A DNA stretch of 64,000 bases, from positions 73,842,001-73,906,000 of the forward strand of contig NC_043008.1 in the NCBI RefSeq assembly GCF_006345805.1, given 5' to 3'. The notes under the pieces were generated by a model, which was given only the letters and a program-made list of their open reading frames with translations, was not told the origin of the DNA and did no database searches. The position numbers and the translations under genes are program-made. Origin of the DNA: Octopus sinensis. Taxonomy: Eukaryota. Shown one piece after another: positions 1 to 11,816 of this stretch (positions are counted from its first letter, which is position 1; every line of letters starts with the position of its first letter).

Positions 1-509
1 TGAGTATTGCACCTAAAGAAGAAGAATATTTACAATGGGAATTAAAAATTATCAACAATTTTTAGAAATGCACATTTTAAGCTGACCGCACAAACTTCAG
101 CGCTCTCGTGCTAAAGGATCGTACTCTTGTGATTGCGTGATCGAGCTTTGATCTGGATAGCTTCAGTTTTCTTTCTTGTGTTACAGAGCAAACATGACCG
201 TTCCACTGGCAGCGTACACCAAGGAAGAGCAGTAATATGACTTCTCTTTCTGAAGGTGTTTCAGGGGTTGAAACTCATCGCAAACTTCCAGCACAAAATG
301 GTGTCAGCACGCTACTGCGTAGAAGTGATAAGAGTGGATTGAAAAGTCTCAAAATGGCCGGACAAGTGTGACTCAAGAAGAGCGAGTAGGACGTCCATCA
401 ACTTCTACCATTGATGTGAATATGCAACAAGCTCTTGAAATAGTCCTGGCGAACTGACGAGTGACCATCGAGGAGGTGACTTGTTCTCTGTGAATTTCTC
501 ATGGTTCTA

Positions 510-1773
510 TTAGGTTGGGATCTAAGTTCCCACGGTTTTTTCTAAATCTAAAATTTTAAAAGGTTTAATAAAAAATAACAACTAATTAATCAATAATGTA
601 TTCACCCTTGATGTTTACAACTTCTTCCCAACGTTCAACAAGATTTTCACTACATCGTTAGTAGAAATCAGCAGTTTTCAACTCGAAAAATTGATCCAAC
701 CGAGCTCTCAATTCTGCATCAGTATTGAAAGAAACACCGCGCATAGCATTTGAAAGAGATCGGAAGAGGTGGAAATCCGTTGGTGCCAAATCAGGAGAGT
801 CCGGCAGGTGTGGCAGCACTTCCCAGCCATGCGTTTGAATGGCTTCCTTGGCCATATTGCTGACATGAGGGCGAGCGTTGTCGTGCAGCACAAGAACTCC
901 ATGCTGCCGATTAGGTCTTTTCTCTTGAATAGCCGTGTTGAGTCGTCCTATCTGTTGGAAGCGTTGACTGTTTGGTTCTGTTGAAGCAATTAGTAATGGA
1001 TAATTCCTTCCCAGCCCTGCCATATTGACAACATCGTTTTACGTGGATGAAAATCTTGTTTCACGTGGTGCCGCTTGTTTACCGGGACTAAGCCATTAGT
1101 TACGCTGCTTCATATTGATATGCAGGCACCATTTTTCGTCGCCAGTAACGATTTGGTAAAGAAATCGCTGCTTGTGTCCATGAGTTGAGCAGTGACGAGC
1201 AAGCAAACCAGCGGAGATTGTGGCTCGTTGATTTTTGTTGTTGTCACTTAAAGCATGCGGAACCCATGCTCCATACTTCTGAACCTTTCCCATCGAATGA
1301 AGATACTTCTCTATAGCATTCCATGTTCTCTGCCAGCACTTGTCGTTTGACGAAAATATTTAATCGCTCTTCATCGAACTCAACTGCACGGCCAGAACGA
1401 GGTGCGCTTTGAGGTCAAAATTTCCATGTTTGAACTTGGCATACCAATCACGAGCGATTCTTTCAGCTGCGGCACATTCTTCATACACAACACAAATGTC
1501 GCGAGCAGCTTTGCGGTCTTAGAACCTTGATTAAACGCTAAAAGAAGGTGGTGTCGAAGATGCTCGTTTTCTTAAGTTGGCATTCCATTTTAATGATCTG
1601 AAAATGAACAAAAATTAACTAAAATTAACTTGACCAAAAAACAAAACAAAACAAAATAGATTCCAAAGTGATTCAAAAATAGAATTTTCGAAAATAATAG
1701 TTTCCAAAATTTAAAAACACAATAAATTCCAAAGTTAAAAAAAAAAACGGTGGAAACTTAGTTGCCAACCCAA
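510..1773 (-). mobile_element. Full-length (1264 bp) mariner DNA transposon with Hsmar1/cecropia-like TIRs
   Basis: 31-bp TIRs TTAGGTTGGGATCTAAGTTCCCACGGTTTTT (510-540) and the reverse complement of 1743-1773 match at 26/31. TA on both sides (508-509, 1774-1775). Transposase on the minus strand. Confidence 0.95.
586..1588 (-). pseudogene. Mariner transposase pseudogene, DD34D
   Basis: ATG at 1588 (MECQLKK...). Motifs WVPHAL, TGDEKW, HDNARPH and SPDLAPTDFHLF, with 34 residues between D2 and D3. C-terminus ENLVERWEEVVNIKGEYIID ends at stop 586-588. Premature stop at 658 plus frameshifts. Confidence 0.95.
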
Positions 1774-3363
1774 TATATAAGAAATCATCCGGAATAAACT
1801 CCGCTTCTGTAAAGTGTATGTGAGAGGGTGCTAAGAGATTTTACTAAAGCGCATAAACACAGTCGTGTGGAGATCTAACAATGCTTACTCGACCGCAACA
1901 AAAATGAATGTGCATCTTTCAAGAGAGACTATTCACAGGAGATAAGAGCTAAGCTTATCACTGAGCTAGAATCCAAAAGGCCAAATATGGAGTTGAATTG
2001 CTAACAGAAAAGAGATTCAGACTTAATCTTCCACACAAAAAGTGATACTAACCGATGTGTGTCTGGAAAACGGCCTAGCAGGAATATAGGTCTAAAATCA
2101 CTTGTGTAGGTTACAGTGAAACGCTAGCCAATAAACTGAAACTAACAGTTCACATAAAACGCCGATGTCTATTGTCAAACTGTCATTGTTGCATGACAAT
2201 GCGCGCCCACATACGGACGCCTACACTGTCGGCGTGGGTCCCGTATGTGGTCATGCAATGAACCATAGAAAAGTTAGGTTTCGAATCGCCGGAATACCCA
2301 ACATACATCCCAGATTTCGCCTCTTCCGACTATCACTTTTTTGGACAGCTCAAACATCCTTCAAGGGTTCGTCAATTTGATACGGACGAAGAAGCGCCGG
2401 AAGCGGTGCATAAAGTGCTTCATAACAAGCCGAGAACCTTCTCTAATAGATTAAGCAATTTTGTGGACCACTGGAAGGAATGCATTGTGAGGCCACGATA
2501 CGATGTTGAAAGTGATGTAATTGTTCAACCCCTGTTTTTGTTTTAAGAATTTATAGAAAAAAGAGTGGGTGTAATGTCTGGCTTGCCATATCTAAATTGA
2601 AAATAATCTATTTATATTTCTACACGACCTTAGATTCTTAAACAGGGAAGTTTCAACCTTAGCCCATGTATGCTGGCAGTCATTATGTTTACCCCGGAAG
2701 ATTGAAATACATAGTCGACTTCCAGAATTTTTCACTGGGAACAGGCGCACGATATTTCGACGGCAACATTTCTTCTATACCAATAAGGTCATACGAGAGA
2801 AACTAATAATATCACAAGAATCGATATCGCTATTGATTATGTCAATGACATAGATCAGATAACTATCTCCCTAGCATAACGATTGCATGAAAAACCTATA
2901 ATCCCTTCCGGGTATTCAGAGATACTGAATGAGAGAATAGGTGGGCAAAGTGATAGAGAACGCACTTTTGACCATCTTTTTGTTTGTTTGTTTTTTTTCA
3001 AGTAAACTCAATCAGGAAATCACAATTATACTGCAACATGTTTAGTTCCTATGTTTATTTTAAAATTTACTTTCGTTTCCTAGCTCCAAACAAATTTATT
3101 TTATCGGTTGCAAATTCTCGGTTCAGTTCAACAAGAACGCGAAAACAATAGAAAGAGATGTTTGGTGAAATATATAAATCAATATAGTTATTTATCCAGG
3201 AGATAAATTCTCAGAGAACAGCATAACTAATAATAAAGAAAACATAATTTGTTATATAAGTAAATAATAGAAACAGAATAATTACAAAAATGATAATAAT
3301 TATATATGAGAAAACGATAATCATGTTTTGGCTTAATATATACATACGCACACACACACACAG

Positions 3364-3394
<31 letters not shown>

Positions 3395-3480
3395 AATATG
3401 CACACAGATATATATATACATATACATAAATATATATACACACATACATGCATATATATATAAATACATATATATTTGTA

Positions 3481-3512
<32 letters not shown>

Positions 3513-4498
3513 ATTTCAAAATTATTATCAGTAGATATGTACTGGCAATCTTTACATTATGTTGTATATCTTTTAAACCGGAATGAAAGGTAAATTTTCG
3601 TAATCACACAAGAAAAGCTCATTTAAAGATAAAAGGAATGCTTGATGGCATAGCAGAAATATGGATGAGGAGGAAAGATGGTGAATGTATATTTGAATTT
3701 ATGTTGGTTGTATGAAATTCATGATCGAAACAGCAGATAAGAAATTATTGATTAGTTATTTTTCGGATTAATGTTTTTGTTATCATTTAATTGTCATTAC
3801 TTCGGAATAACCCATGACTGTCTACAACTTCTGATTTCTCAACATAAATTTATATCATATTCCATCTTCGCCACCTAACATTCACCTCACATTCATCATT
3901 TACTTAGAATCATAAATATTAGTTTTATCATATATAATTATTCATTGTGGTTCTGTATGGCATTTGGTATCGTTACGTGATTCATAGATGACTTCTTCTT
4001 GGATAGATTATTCTATAGTTGCGTCCAGATAGTTTCTTCAACGAGAGAAATTAATACGGTCAGGTAAGCCTACGTTATTTTCACATAATATTTCCAACTG
4101 CAGCAGAGAGCTATACAGCTGAGTAGAATACAAGAATACCAATTTCTAATTTGGTATACGCAGTGATACGTTAATATATTCGCAAGGGTCCAGACATCTT
4201 ATGATCTCAATTGTCTTTTTGTCTAATACCAAGTTGGCCAAACTAAGTGCAAAATCTAGATTTAATATCAAAAGCACGATTCATGTATAACACTCACGGG
4301 CCTAACGTGAAAAGTTTGCAAGACGCAACGAAAATGTTAGAAAAATAAAGGAAATAAGTGGAAATTTTACCGGTGTGGGTGATAAATTATAAGACACTAA
4401 AGGAGAATGACTTTCCCCAGACACAACAGTATATGATTCAACACACGAAGTCACATAACGAATCTTGCAAACCAAATCCAAAAGCGATATATATATAT

Positions 4499-5080
4499 AT
4501 GTAAAGTATAAAAGCCATCTCAATATGGCTAGCCACAAAGGGGGGTGTTACTGTAGCTTTTTAGCCCCAGTAGATCATCGTCTCCAGCTGGCTTTAGACA
4601 CCAGATCACGATGAAAGACAAGGCCTTTTTGCAAATATATATAAGAGTTTTTTCTAGTAACGTCTGCCACTGATTTCGAAAAACTGACTGCAAGCATTAT
4701 TAAATCTCAGAATAAGATGTAAACAGTAATCGCTCGACAATGTAAAGTATAAAAGCCATCTCAATATGGCTAACCACAAATAGGGGTGTTACTGTAGCTT
4801 TTTAGCCCCAGGAGATCATCGTGATTACCGCCCGTTGATAAGAGACAATAATCTCGAAACCGGTCCGGTGCGTATCACTCAGGCTTACGAGAAAGGGATG
4901 GCCTCCATTTGCAAATACTTTAAGGGCACAAAAAGTGTGTCTAAAGCCAGCTGGAGACAATGATCTCCTGGGGCTAAAACGCTACAGCAACACCCCCTTT
5001 TGTGGTTAGCCATATTGAGATGGCTTTTATACTTTACATTGTCGAGCGATTACTGCTTAGATCTCGTTCTGAGATTTAAT
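4499..5080. mobile_element. (TA)n-flanked composite direct and inverted repeat element with an internal hammerhead-like motif
   Basis: An 83-bp unit ATGTAAAGTATAAAAGCCATCTCAATATGGCTA... occurs at 4499-4581 and 4740-4822, and inverted within 4937-5080. (TA)n arrays lie at both ends. Confidence 0.75.
4832..4868 (+). ncRNA. Minimal hammerhead ribozyme-like motif (core mutated)
   Basis: CCG-TTGATAA-GAGA-caataa-TCTC-GAAAC-CG-GTC-CGG: helix I CCG/CGG, helix II GAGA/TCTC, palindromic helix III ACCGGT, GUC triplet. The core differs from CUGANGA at C3 and G8. Confidence 0.55.
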
Positions 5081-5083
5081 GAA

Positions 5084-5114
<31 letters not shown>

Positions 5115-5124
5115 TCCTTTATAA

Positions 5125-5546
5125 CTTTATTCTTTTATTTGTTTCAGTCAGTTGACTGCGACCATGCTGGAGCACTGTCTTTCGTTGAGCAAATCGACCC
5201 CAACACTTATTCCTTGTAAACCCAGTATTTATTCTACCGGTCTCTTTTGCCGAATCGCTAAGTTACGGTGACGTAAACACACCAGCATCGGTTGTCAATG
5301 TAGGGGGACAAAAACAGACACACTCACACACACATGTATGTGTGTGTATATATATATATATATAGAGAGATAGATATAAATATAGGACGGGCTTCTTTCT
5401 GATTCTGTCTACCAAACCCCCTCACAAGGCTTTGGTCGGCCCGAAGCTATAGTAGAAGACACTTGCCCAAAGTGCGACGCAGTGAGAATGAACGCGGAAC
5501 CATGTGGTTGGTAAGTATGCTACTTATCACACAGCCAGTCCAGCGC
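5125..5546 (-). mobile_element. tRNA-derived SINE, family 1 (internal microsatellite)
   Basis: Minus strand has a tRNA-like head (TGGCTGTGTGAT...), a TTGGGCAAGTGTCTTCTACTATAGC body, a (TA)/(TG) middle and a GCATGGTCGCAGTCAACTGACTGAAACAAAT tail. Homologous to 19222, 48097 and 60122. Confidence 0.85.
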
Positions 5547-5711
5547 ATATATGTATATATATTTAGCAGAAGTAACAGAGTGACTCAACGTGAATGTACG
5601 AAACATTTGGACCTTTAGTCTCCCTGCTACTTTTGCTGAATATTAATAAAAATATTCATGCACTTGTATTTTGACACCTGATTTTTTCTATTTCCACCAA
5701 CATGCCTATAT

Positions 5712-5755
5712 GTATACATACATACACACACACACGCACACACACACGCACACAC

Positions 5756-5807
<52 letters not shown>

Positions 5808-5815
5808 GTATGTAT
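5712..5815. repeat. (CA)n microsatellite
   Basis: Long CA array with CG interruptions. Confidence 0.95.
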
Positions 5816-6099
5816 GTTGTATAGATAGGTTGCTTGATACATATATATCTATTATGGACATCCGAACTTTCATAAAATTTCATGTTCCAATGAAATTTTC
5901 TACAAAGAAGCTTCAGATAATATAGATTGCGGTTATATCAAAATTTGTTGTGAAATAGAATTTAGGAAATAAAAATTGATGAGTATCAGTATACATGTAT
6001 GATATCACGCTAATTTTTATTTTCATATTATATTACGATACAATTATAATTTACTCACACCGAAAGGCATTTTTGGTAGTTCCTATTTCACAAATCTCA

Positions 6100-7015
6100 T
6101 TATTCCGAATGTTATGAGGAAACAAACCCAACTCGTTGGAATCCTTTGAAAATCCTCTCCCCAATCACTCGAACACGTTTTTTTTCTTCCCAACGAATTC
6201 AGATATAGTCGGAAGCTACTCCGTCTGAAGGTTATTTGTAGAAAATTCATTTAAAAATATCTATTTTTCTGGAAGTTATAAGGAAACAGGACCAGTGGCT
6301 CACAATTCTGCACGTACAACCATTGCATTAACGTAAATATCTTCGTTTTTAAAAAACAACACATGTTTGTTATGGTCTCACCGTAATACATGCGCTATGA
6401 CGTACGGCAATCAACCGGAGCGAAGTATTCGTGATTGAACTACATATTTGTGCATTGTGTAGATTTCAATAATATAAAAATTTCTTATGAAACTTTTGTA
6501 AGGGTAGTGAGTGGAGTTTCAGAAACTTCACACAAACCAGGTTCGTTTCCTCATAACTTTTAGAAAATTGCTTCTTTTATCATGAAATCTTCTACATGTA
6601 CCTTTCACAGAGTGTAGATTACTTTGAAATTGAATAAGAAAAAGAAACTGAAAGAAGTTGGAGGATAGCACACATACATAATCGTCTGTATCGCACATAT
6701 CTAAAAAAAACGAAATTTTGAAAAGGTTGTGACGCATGTCAGTATGTATGTGTGCGTGTTCATCATTTTATTTTTTATATCTAAATCATATATAACTGTA
6801 ATTTACACGATTTGATGCACTTTTGTTGAAATATTCATTTAAAAATACGCATTTTCGGAAAGTTATGAGGAAATAAAACCGTCTCGTGTGAATTTTCTTA
6901 ACTCCTGTCCCTACTTCGAGGAAATATAAATGGAATTTACAACATCTGATGAGTATTTGAAGAAATGTTCACTAAAAAATATCTATTTTTCTGGAAGTTA
7001 TGAGGAAACAGAATC
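6100..7015. repeat. Degenerate direct/inverted repeat cluster with core AAGTTATGAGGAAAC
   Basis: Core at about 6111, 6273, 6860 and 6995 (forward) and 6545 (inverted). About 50 bp match between 6241-6290 and 6961-7012. Confidence 0.7.
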
Positions 7016-7493
7016 GGTGGAGCACATTTGTATGTATGCCCATTGCTATATGGCAGTCATATATCTACATATCAACTCGCTTCGCTTCCCTTCCATTGTG
7101 TATATAGTAAAATTTTTATCATATTCCTACATGTTATATATAAAGAATATACGGCTTTCGTTCTGTTTGCATCAAGAGTGACAATAATGTGACTGTGATA
7201 GGCTTAATTTTTAACTACACGTAAATGTAGAATTTACAACGTTATCTTTTGTAATAACGAATGCCACTTGTACTAAAAAGGCGTCATGGAGTTTATTATA
7301 TATAGATTTATTGACAGTAATTACGTAGTAATGTTTCCTTGCTTTATAAATACACGTTCTTTCAACATAATTTATCTTATTGACCTACTTCACATTTTCC
7401 ATTATTAGTGTTCGAGCTTCATTCATGTTGCTTGTCTTGCCAGCACTCATCCCACATGTATTACAGGTATATAGTTACGCATTTACACTAAAG

Positions 7494-7826
7494 ACTCCCT
7501 ACGGTCATGAATGACCATGGGATTGCACCTAGAAAGTTACCCTCCTAGACACAAGTCCGGGCAAGGTTGTTTATGGAAGACCAGCAGTCGCCCATGCATA
7601 CCAGCCTCCCCTCTCCACACCACCAGTGTTATCTAAGGGAAAGACAAAGGTCGATACAGCTTGGCACCAGTGACGTCGCAACTCATTTCTACAGCTGAGT
7701 GAACTGGAGCAACGTGAAATAAAGTGCCTTGCTCAAGAACACAACACGCAGCCCGGTCCGGGATTCGAGCTCACAACCTCACGATCGTAAGCTCGACGCT
7801 CTAACCACTGAGCCATGCGCCTTCAC
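7494..7826 (-). mobile_element. Full-length tRNA-derived SINE, family 2, with 14-bp target-site duplication
   Basis: A box TGGCTCAGTGG, B box-like GCTCGAATCCC, central CTTGAGCAAGGCACTTTATTTCACGTTGCTCCAGTTCACTCAGCTGTAGAAATGAGT segment. CATTTACACTAAAG at 7480-7493 and 7828-7841. Confidence 0.92.
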
Positions 7827-8926
7827 ACATTTACACTAAAGGAATATATTATACTTTGATATCAAAGCATATCTTAAAGATATCGTGTTCGCACGCACGC
7901 ACACGCACATACATATTGCATACATACACAAACACATGCGTGTGTGTCAATATTCGTATCGTTCTATCGATGACGTAAGTAGGATGTGCCACGTGATGTA
8001 TCTTGTCATGGAGTTGAGGAATATTATTAGTTCTATATTGAAAAATATGTCAAGCATTGACCTGAAACAAATTTGGGTTATAATTTCCAGAGACAAACTA
8101 CAGTTTATCAACAGAGGAATCGTGATTTCAAATTACTTGCGGCTCATAAACATTGGTGCAGCCTGTAAAATATATAAATAAACTGAAAAATTGTAGAAGT
8201 GCCTTTGTGTGTATTCCAGCGAACATACAGAATAATTAAAAGGTGATATATATTTAACATACACTGTAAGTGAATATTTTTTCGTATAAATTTTCTCTAC
8301 CGATAACTCGCGTCCTGAATTTCGTATCAGTTTATTTCTAAAACAATTGTGTGTTTGTGTATGTGTGTATGTGTGTTTGTGTGTGTGTGTGGGGGGGGGG
8401 GTGTTCTGTACATTGCACAAAAGCAGCCTCAAGTAATTACACCCACGGTTATGTTGTATATTTATATTTTAATTAATATTTTTCAAAATATATCTTAATA
8501 ACAAGTCTGAGATTCTTGCTAAAAGCGATCATTGACTGTAATATTTCGAATATTTTAAATTTGGGATGCATATATTATAAATTCACGAGAATCGAGAATA
8601 TTTAATGTAAATAACATTAAACTTAATAGTTTTGTAAACAGTAATTTGTGATCGAAAAACAACAGCGGTCATCTAGAGACACTGACCTCTAGCTCATCAT
8701 TACCTCAGGGGTACAGTAGTCACAAATGGTGAATAAATGGTTTATACGATATAATGTAATTCTCTAGGATTTTTAAGGACTTTTATGCTTCAAGCTCTCC
8801 TCAATATCACAAAAATATTCCGGTGCTTTACTTCACTGCTTTGAAAAATAGAAAATTATTTTGGATTAGTGAGGCTGGATAGAAATTAAAGGGAATATAC
8901 ATGTGGTAATAAAAACCCATTGATAA

Positions 8927-9270
8927 TTTACTGCTTGGAATTTATTCCATCCAGTCAATGTTCAGCGTAACATCAATCGTAGTCTCAAGAAATCTCTTTC
9001 TTCAGCTGCTATTTTATTTCCTTCACAATGATTTCATTGAACTCCAATATGCCAAGGTACTTCTAGCTTTTCTTTTCAACTCGTTTTATAGCTTACCGAT
9101 TTGGCAATTCTATACCTGTCAGGGTCTGTTGAGTGCCTCTTTTCAGACACAGTACATCACACTTTTTCAGTCCCAAACCCATCAGCATTAAAACAGTGGA
9201 CAGTATTCACCAAGGGTCTCATTTGTACCGCATGCTTGCCATACAGCTTCAGATCATCAATGAGAAGATG
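8927..9270 (-). pseudogene. R4/Dong-like non-LTR retrotransposon reverse transcriptase fragment
   Basis: Minus strand reads HLL..DDLKLYGK...LVNTV...GFGLKKC..LKRG...GIELP...KYLGILE...LKKE...GWNKFQAVN, i.e. the YxDD region to thumb typical of R4-clade elements. Contains stops. Confidence 0.8.
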
Positions 9271-10224
9271 TTTCTTTGCAGCAGTTCTTCTTTGGCGATA
9301 AGCAGGTGTGGTTGCCGTTTGTCAGACAGCTTGTCTCTGACTGATCAGCAGTACTGGAAAAAGCGTAGGCCGAGGCAGGGAATCTGACGCCTAGAGTGTC
9401 GTCAGGAAGTAATTTGTGATTCAAAAAACAACAACAGACATCTAGAGACAATTATCTTTATCAGTCGAGTAATGAGGCCTGTGGAAGTTCTACTCTTGTA
9501 TTCTTTTAAGGGGTAGCAACGTTCTCCACGCAAATCAACAGGGTGGTCTGTTCAGGAGGACTTTCTGGTTGGGGTCTATGGATAATTTCCGGAAATCCTT
9601 GAGCTGGCAGTGCTACCGGGGTGGGTGATATTGCGATTTTAGGATAAACTCTCCAGGCATGTAAGTGCGGTCAGCCGGTCTTGTTCTGCAAGCCTGCGTC
9701 CAGTGCCCGTATATTGCTGACTTGTGGGTTTATGTCAAAGACCTGCAGTCAGTGTAGGACGGATCCGGTTATTGGCTAAGTCCATCGTGGAGATTGCTCC
9801 GCTGCCTTCTTTTGGCGGGGTCGGTGTGAAGTAGTGTTCTTTTGTCTGGTTACCTTAGCGAAAGACGTTGCGTAGTGGACCAGACAAAATGGGCTGAAAA
9901 CAGATATTTCCTTGTTGGTCAAACCCTCATCAACTAGTTCAAGTTCCCCTTAAAAAGGAAGAAAGGTAGAGAGGGAGTGATGCCTCCTACTAATTTTGTT
10001 AAAAGTCGGTTGAATGTTGCTCGAATGGCCCGAGTGAACGGGCCTACACGAAGCATGCGCCTCTAGACAGAGGTAGATAAAGAACAGAAGACACTTGCTG
10101 TAAAAGTTAGAGCGAACGTGGTTTCTCTTGGCTTCCTACGAGCAACACTAGGAAGTCTCCCACGTTTCGAGATTTTGATTGTTAGAACTCTATTTCTTGT
10201 TATTCTTTTGTTTACTCGTTTTAA

Positions 10225-10420
10225 TCCCTGATTCTTGTAATTGTTCTACGTAACATTTGTACCAATGTTTTTGAGTCACGCCGGTAGCAGAGTGCTGGTA
10301 ATTACAAGCGCAGCAATTAGTATTTGTATCACGTCCACTCTCTTCCTTGCCCACCATCTGCGTATTTCCCATTTCAATTCATCATAATTGTTCACTTTCT
10401 CTTCTTTCTCTTCGATATTC
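10225..10420 (-). pseudogene. R4/Dong-like LINE C-terminal (restriction-like endonuclease) fragment
   Basis: NIEEKEEKVNNYDELKWEIRRWWARKRVDVIQILIAAL...LKNIGTNV..EQLQE resembles the KEK..KY.DL..E..RLW...V.VIP.VIGALG tail of RLE-encoding LINEs. Confidence 0.7.
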
Positions 10421-10501
10421 TTCTTCTTCTTCTTCTTCTTCTTCTTCTTCTTCTTCTTCTTCTTCTTCTTCTCTTCTTCTTCTTCTTCTTCTTCTTTTCT
10501 T

Positions 10502-10532
<31 letters not shown>

Positions 10533-10547
10533 TTATTATTATTATTA

Positions 10548-10620
<73 letters not shown>

Positions 10621-10645
10621 CATCATCATCATTATTATTATTATG
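10418..10645. repeat. Compound microsatellite (TTC)n-(TTA)n-(TCA)n
   Basis: Directly visible. It explains the poly-L/I/K/N/E ORFs. Confidence 0.97.
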
Positions 10646-10657
10646 ACTCAAATTATT

Positions 10658-11048
10658 AAGGCAGCGAGCTGGCAGAGTGGTTAGCACGCCGGGCGAACTA
10701 CTTAGCGGTATTTCGTCTGCCGTTACGTTCTGAGTTCAAATTCTGCCGAGGTCGACTTTGCCTTTCATCCTTTCGGGGTCGATTAAATAAGTACCAGTTA
10801 CGCACTGGAGTCGATGTAATCGACTTAATCCGTTTGTCTGTCCTTGTTTGCCCCCTCTGTGTTTAGCCCCTTGTGGGTAGTAAAGAAATAGGTATTTCGT
10901 TTTCCTCTACGCTCTGAGTTCAAATTCTACCGATGTCAATTTTGTCATTCATCCTTTCGTGTTCAATAAGTTGAGTACTGGGGTCGATCTAATTGACTGG
11001 TGCCCTCCGCCAAAATGTCTGGCCTTGTGCCTATAATAGAAAGGATTA
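10658..11048 (+). mobile_element. tRNA-derived SINE, family 3 (dimeric body)
   Basis: GGCAGCGAGCTGGCAGAGTGG A box, GAGTTCAAATT B box, GAGGTCGACTTTGCCTTTCATCC body repeated twice around a linker, and a GGCCTTGTGCCTATAATAGAAAGGATT tail. Same structure inverted at 17071-17471. Confidence 0.88.
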
Positions 11049-11058
11049 TTGTTGTTGC

Positions 11059-11128
<70 letters not shown>

Positions 11129-11656
11129 GAGTGAGAGCGCAATAGATGCTATCAAAGAGACGCTGGCGTACAAATATACGAAGCCCAATATATCCATCAT
11201 GACTACTCGTCTGACAAGGTTACACCAGTTACATGCATCACAACCATATGTGCGCGACATGGTAATCTTATATCAAAATAAACAGCACATGACCTTGCGG
11301 GTGGGGCCCAGTTAGAATTTTCCTCCGGTTGAGTAACCCATCCCACTCAAAAAATCCTTGAATAAGGTTTGTTTAAAGAGGATGAATAAAGCACCCATGT
11401 TTCCAGAGTTGAATTATTCAAACCCCAAAGACCTATGATGCTCTCCCACTACTTCTGCTCATGATCATAGATGCACATATTGTCAGCCACTAAGTGACAT
11501 GCTCAAATGGCTATGGTCAAGCATCTGTGGTATTAAACAGAATATTTGCAGTAGCCCGTCTTTTATACCAAGACAAAACAATATAAATGATGCTAATTCC
11601 AATCACTTAAGATCAAAATCCATGAGAGACATTGCCTAGGACTGCATCAGAGCGCT
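11129..11656. mobile_element. Unclassified ~530-bp interspersed element inserted in a (TTA)n array
   Basis: Complex sequence bounded precisely by (TTA)n on both sides (11045-11128 and 11657-11674). No coding motif recognised. Confidence 0.5.
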
Positions 11657-11674
11657 TATTATCATTATTATTAT

Positions 11675-11816
11675 TCAGGTCACTGCTTGGAATCGAACTC
11701 GGAATCTTGGGGTTAGTAGCCCGCGCTCTTAACCACTACTCCATATGCCCGTGAGCGTAGTGGTTAAGAACGCGGGCTACTAACCACAAGATTCGGAATT
11801 CGATTTCAGGCAGTGA

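Larger units (their letters stand above)
194..2520 (+). pseudogene. Degenerate mariner (DD34D-type) transposase, split at TA 508-509 by a second mariner
   Basis: 194-507 reads MTVPLAAYTKEEQ...SEGVSGVETHRKL...GRTSVTQEERVGRPSTST...RVTIEEV...ISHGS. After 1775 it resumes EIIRNKLRFCKV..., then LLHDNARPHT (about 2186-2215), a YPTYIPDFASSDYH-like motif and a mariner C-terminus. Many stops and frameshifts. Own TIRs not recognised. Confidence 0.85.

Noticed and set aside
6946-6970. CTGATGAG...GAAA
   Set aside because: No helix II pairing between the two motifs. Chance match.
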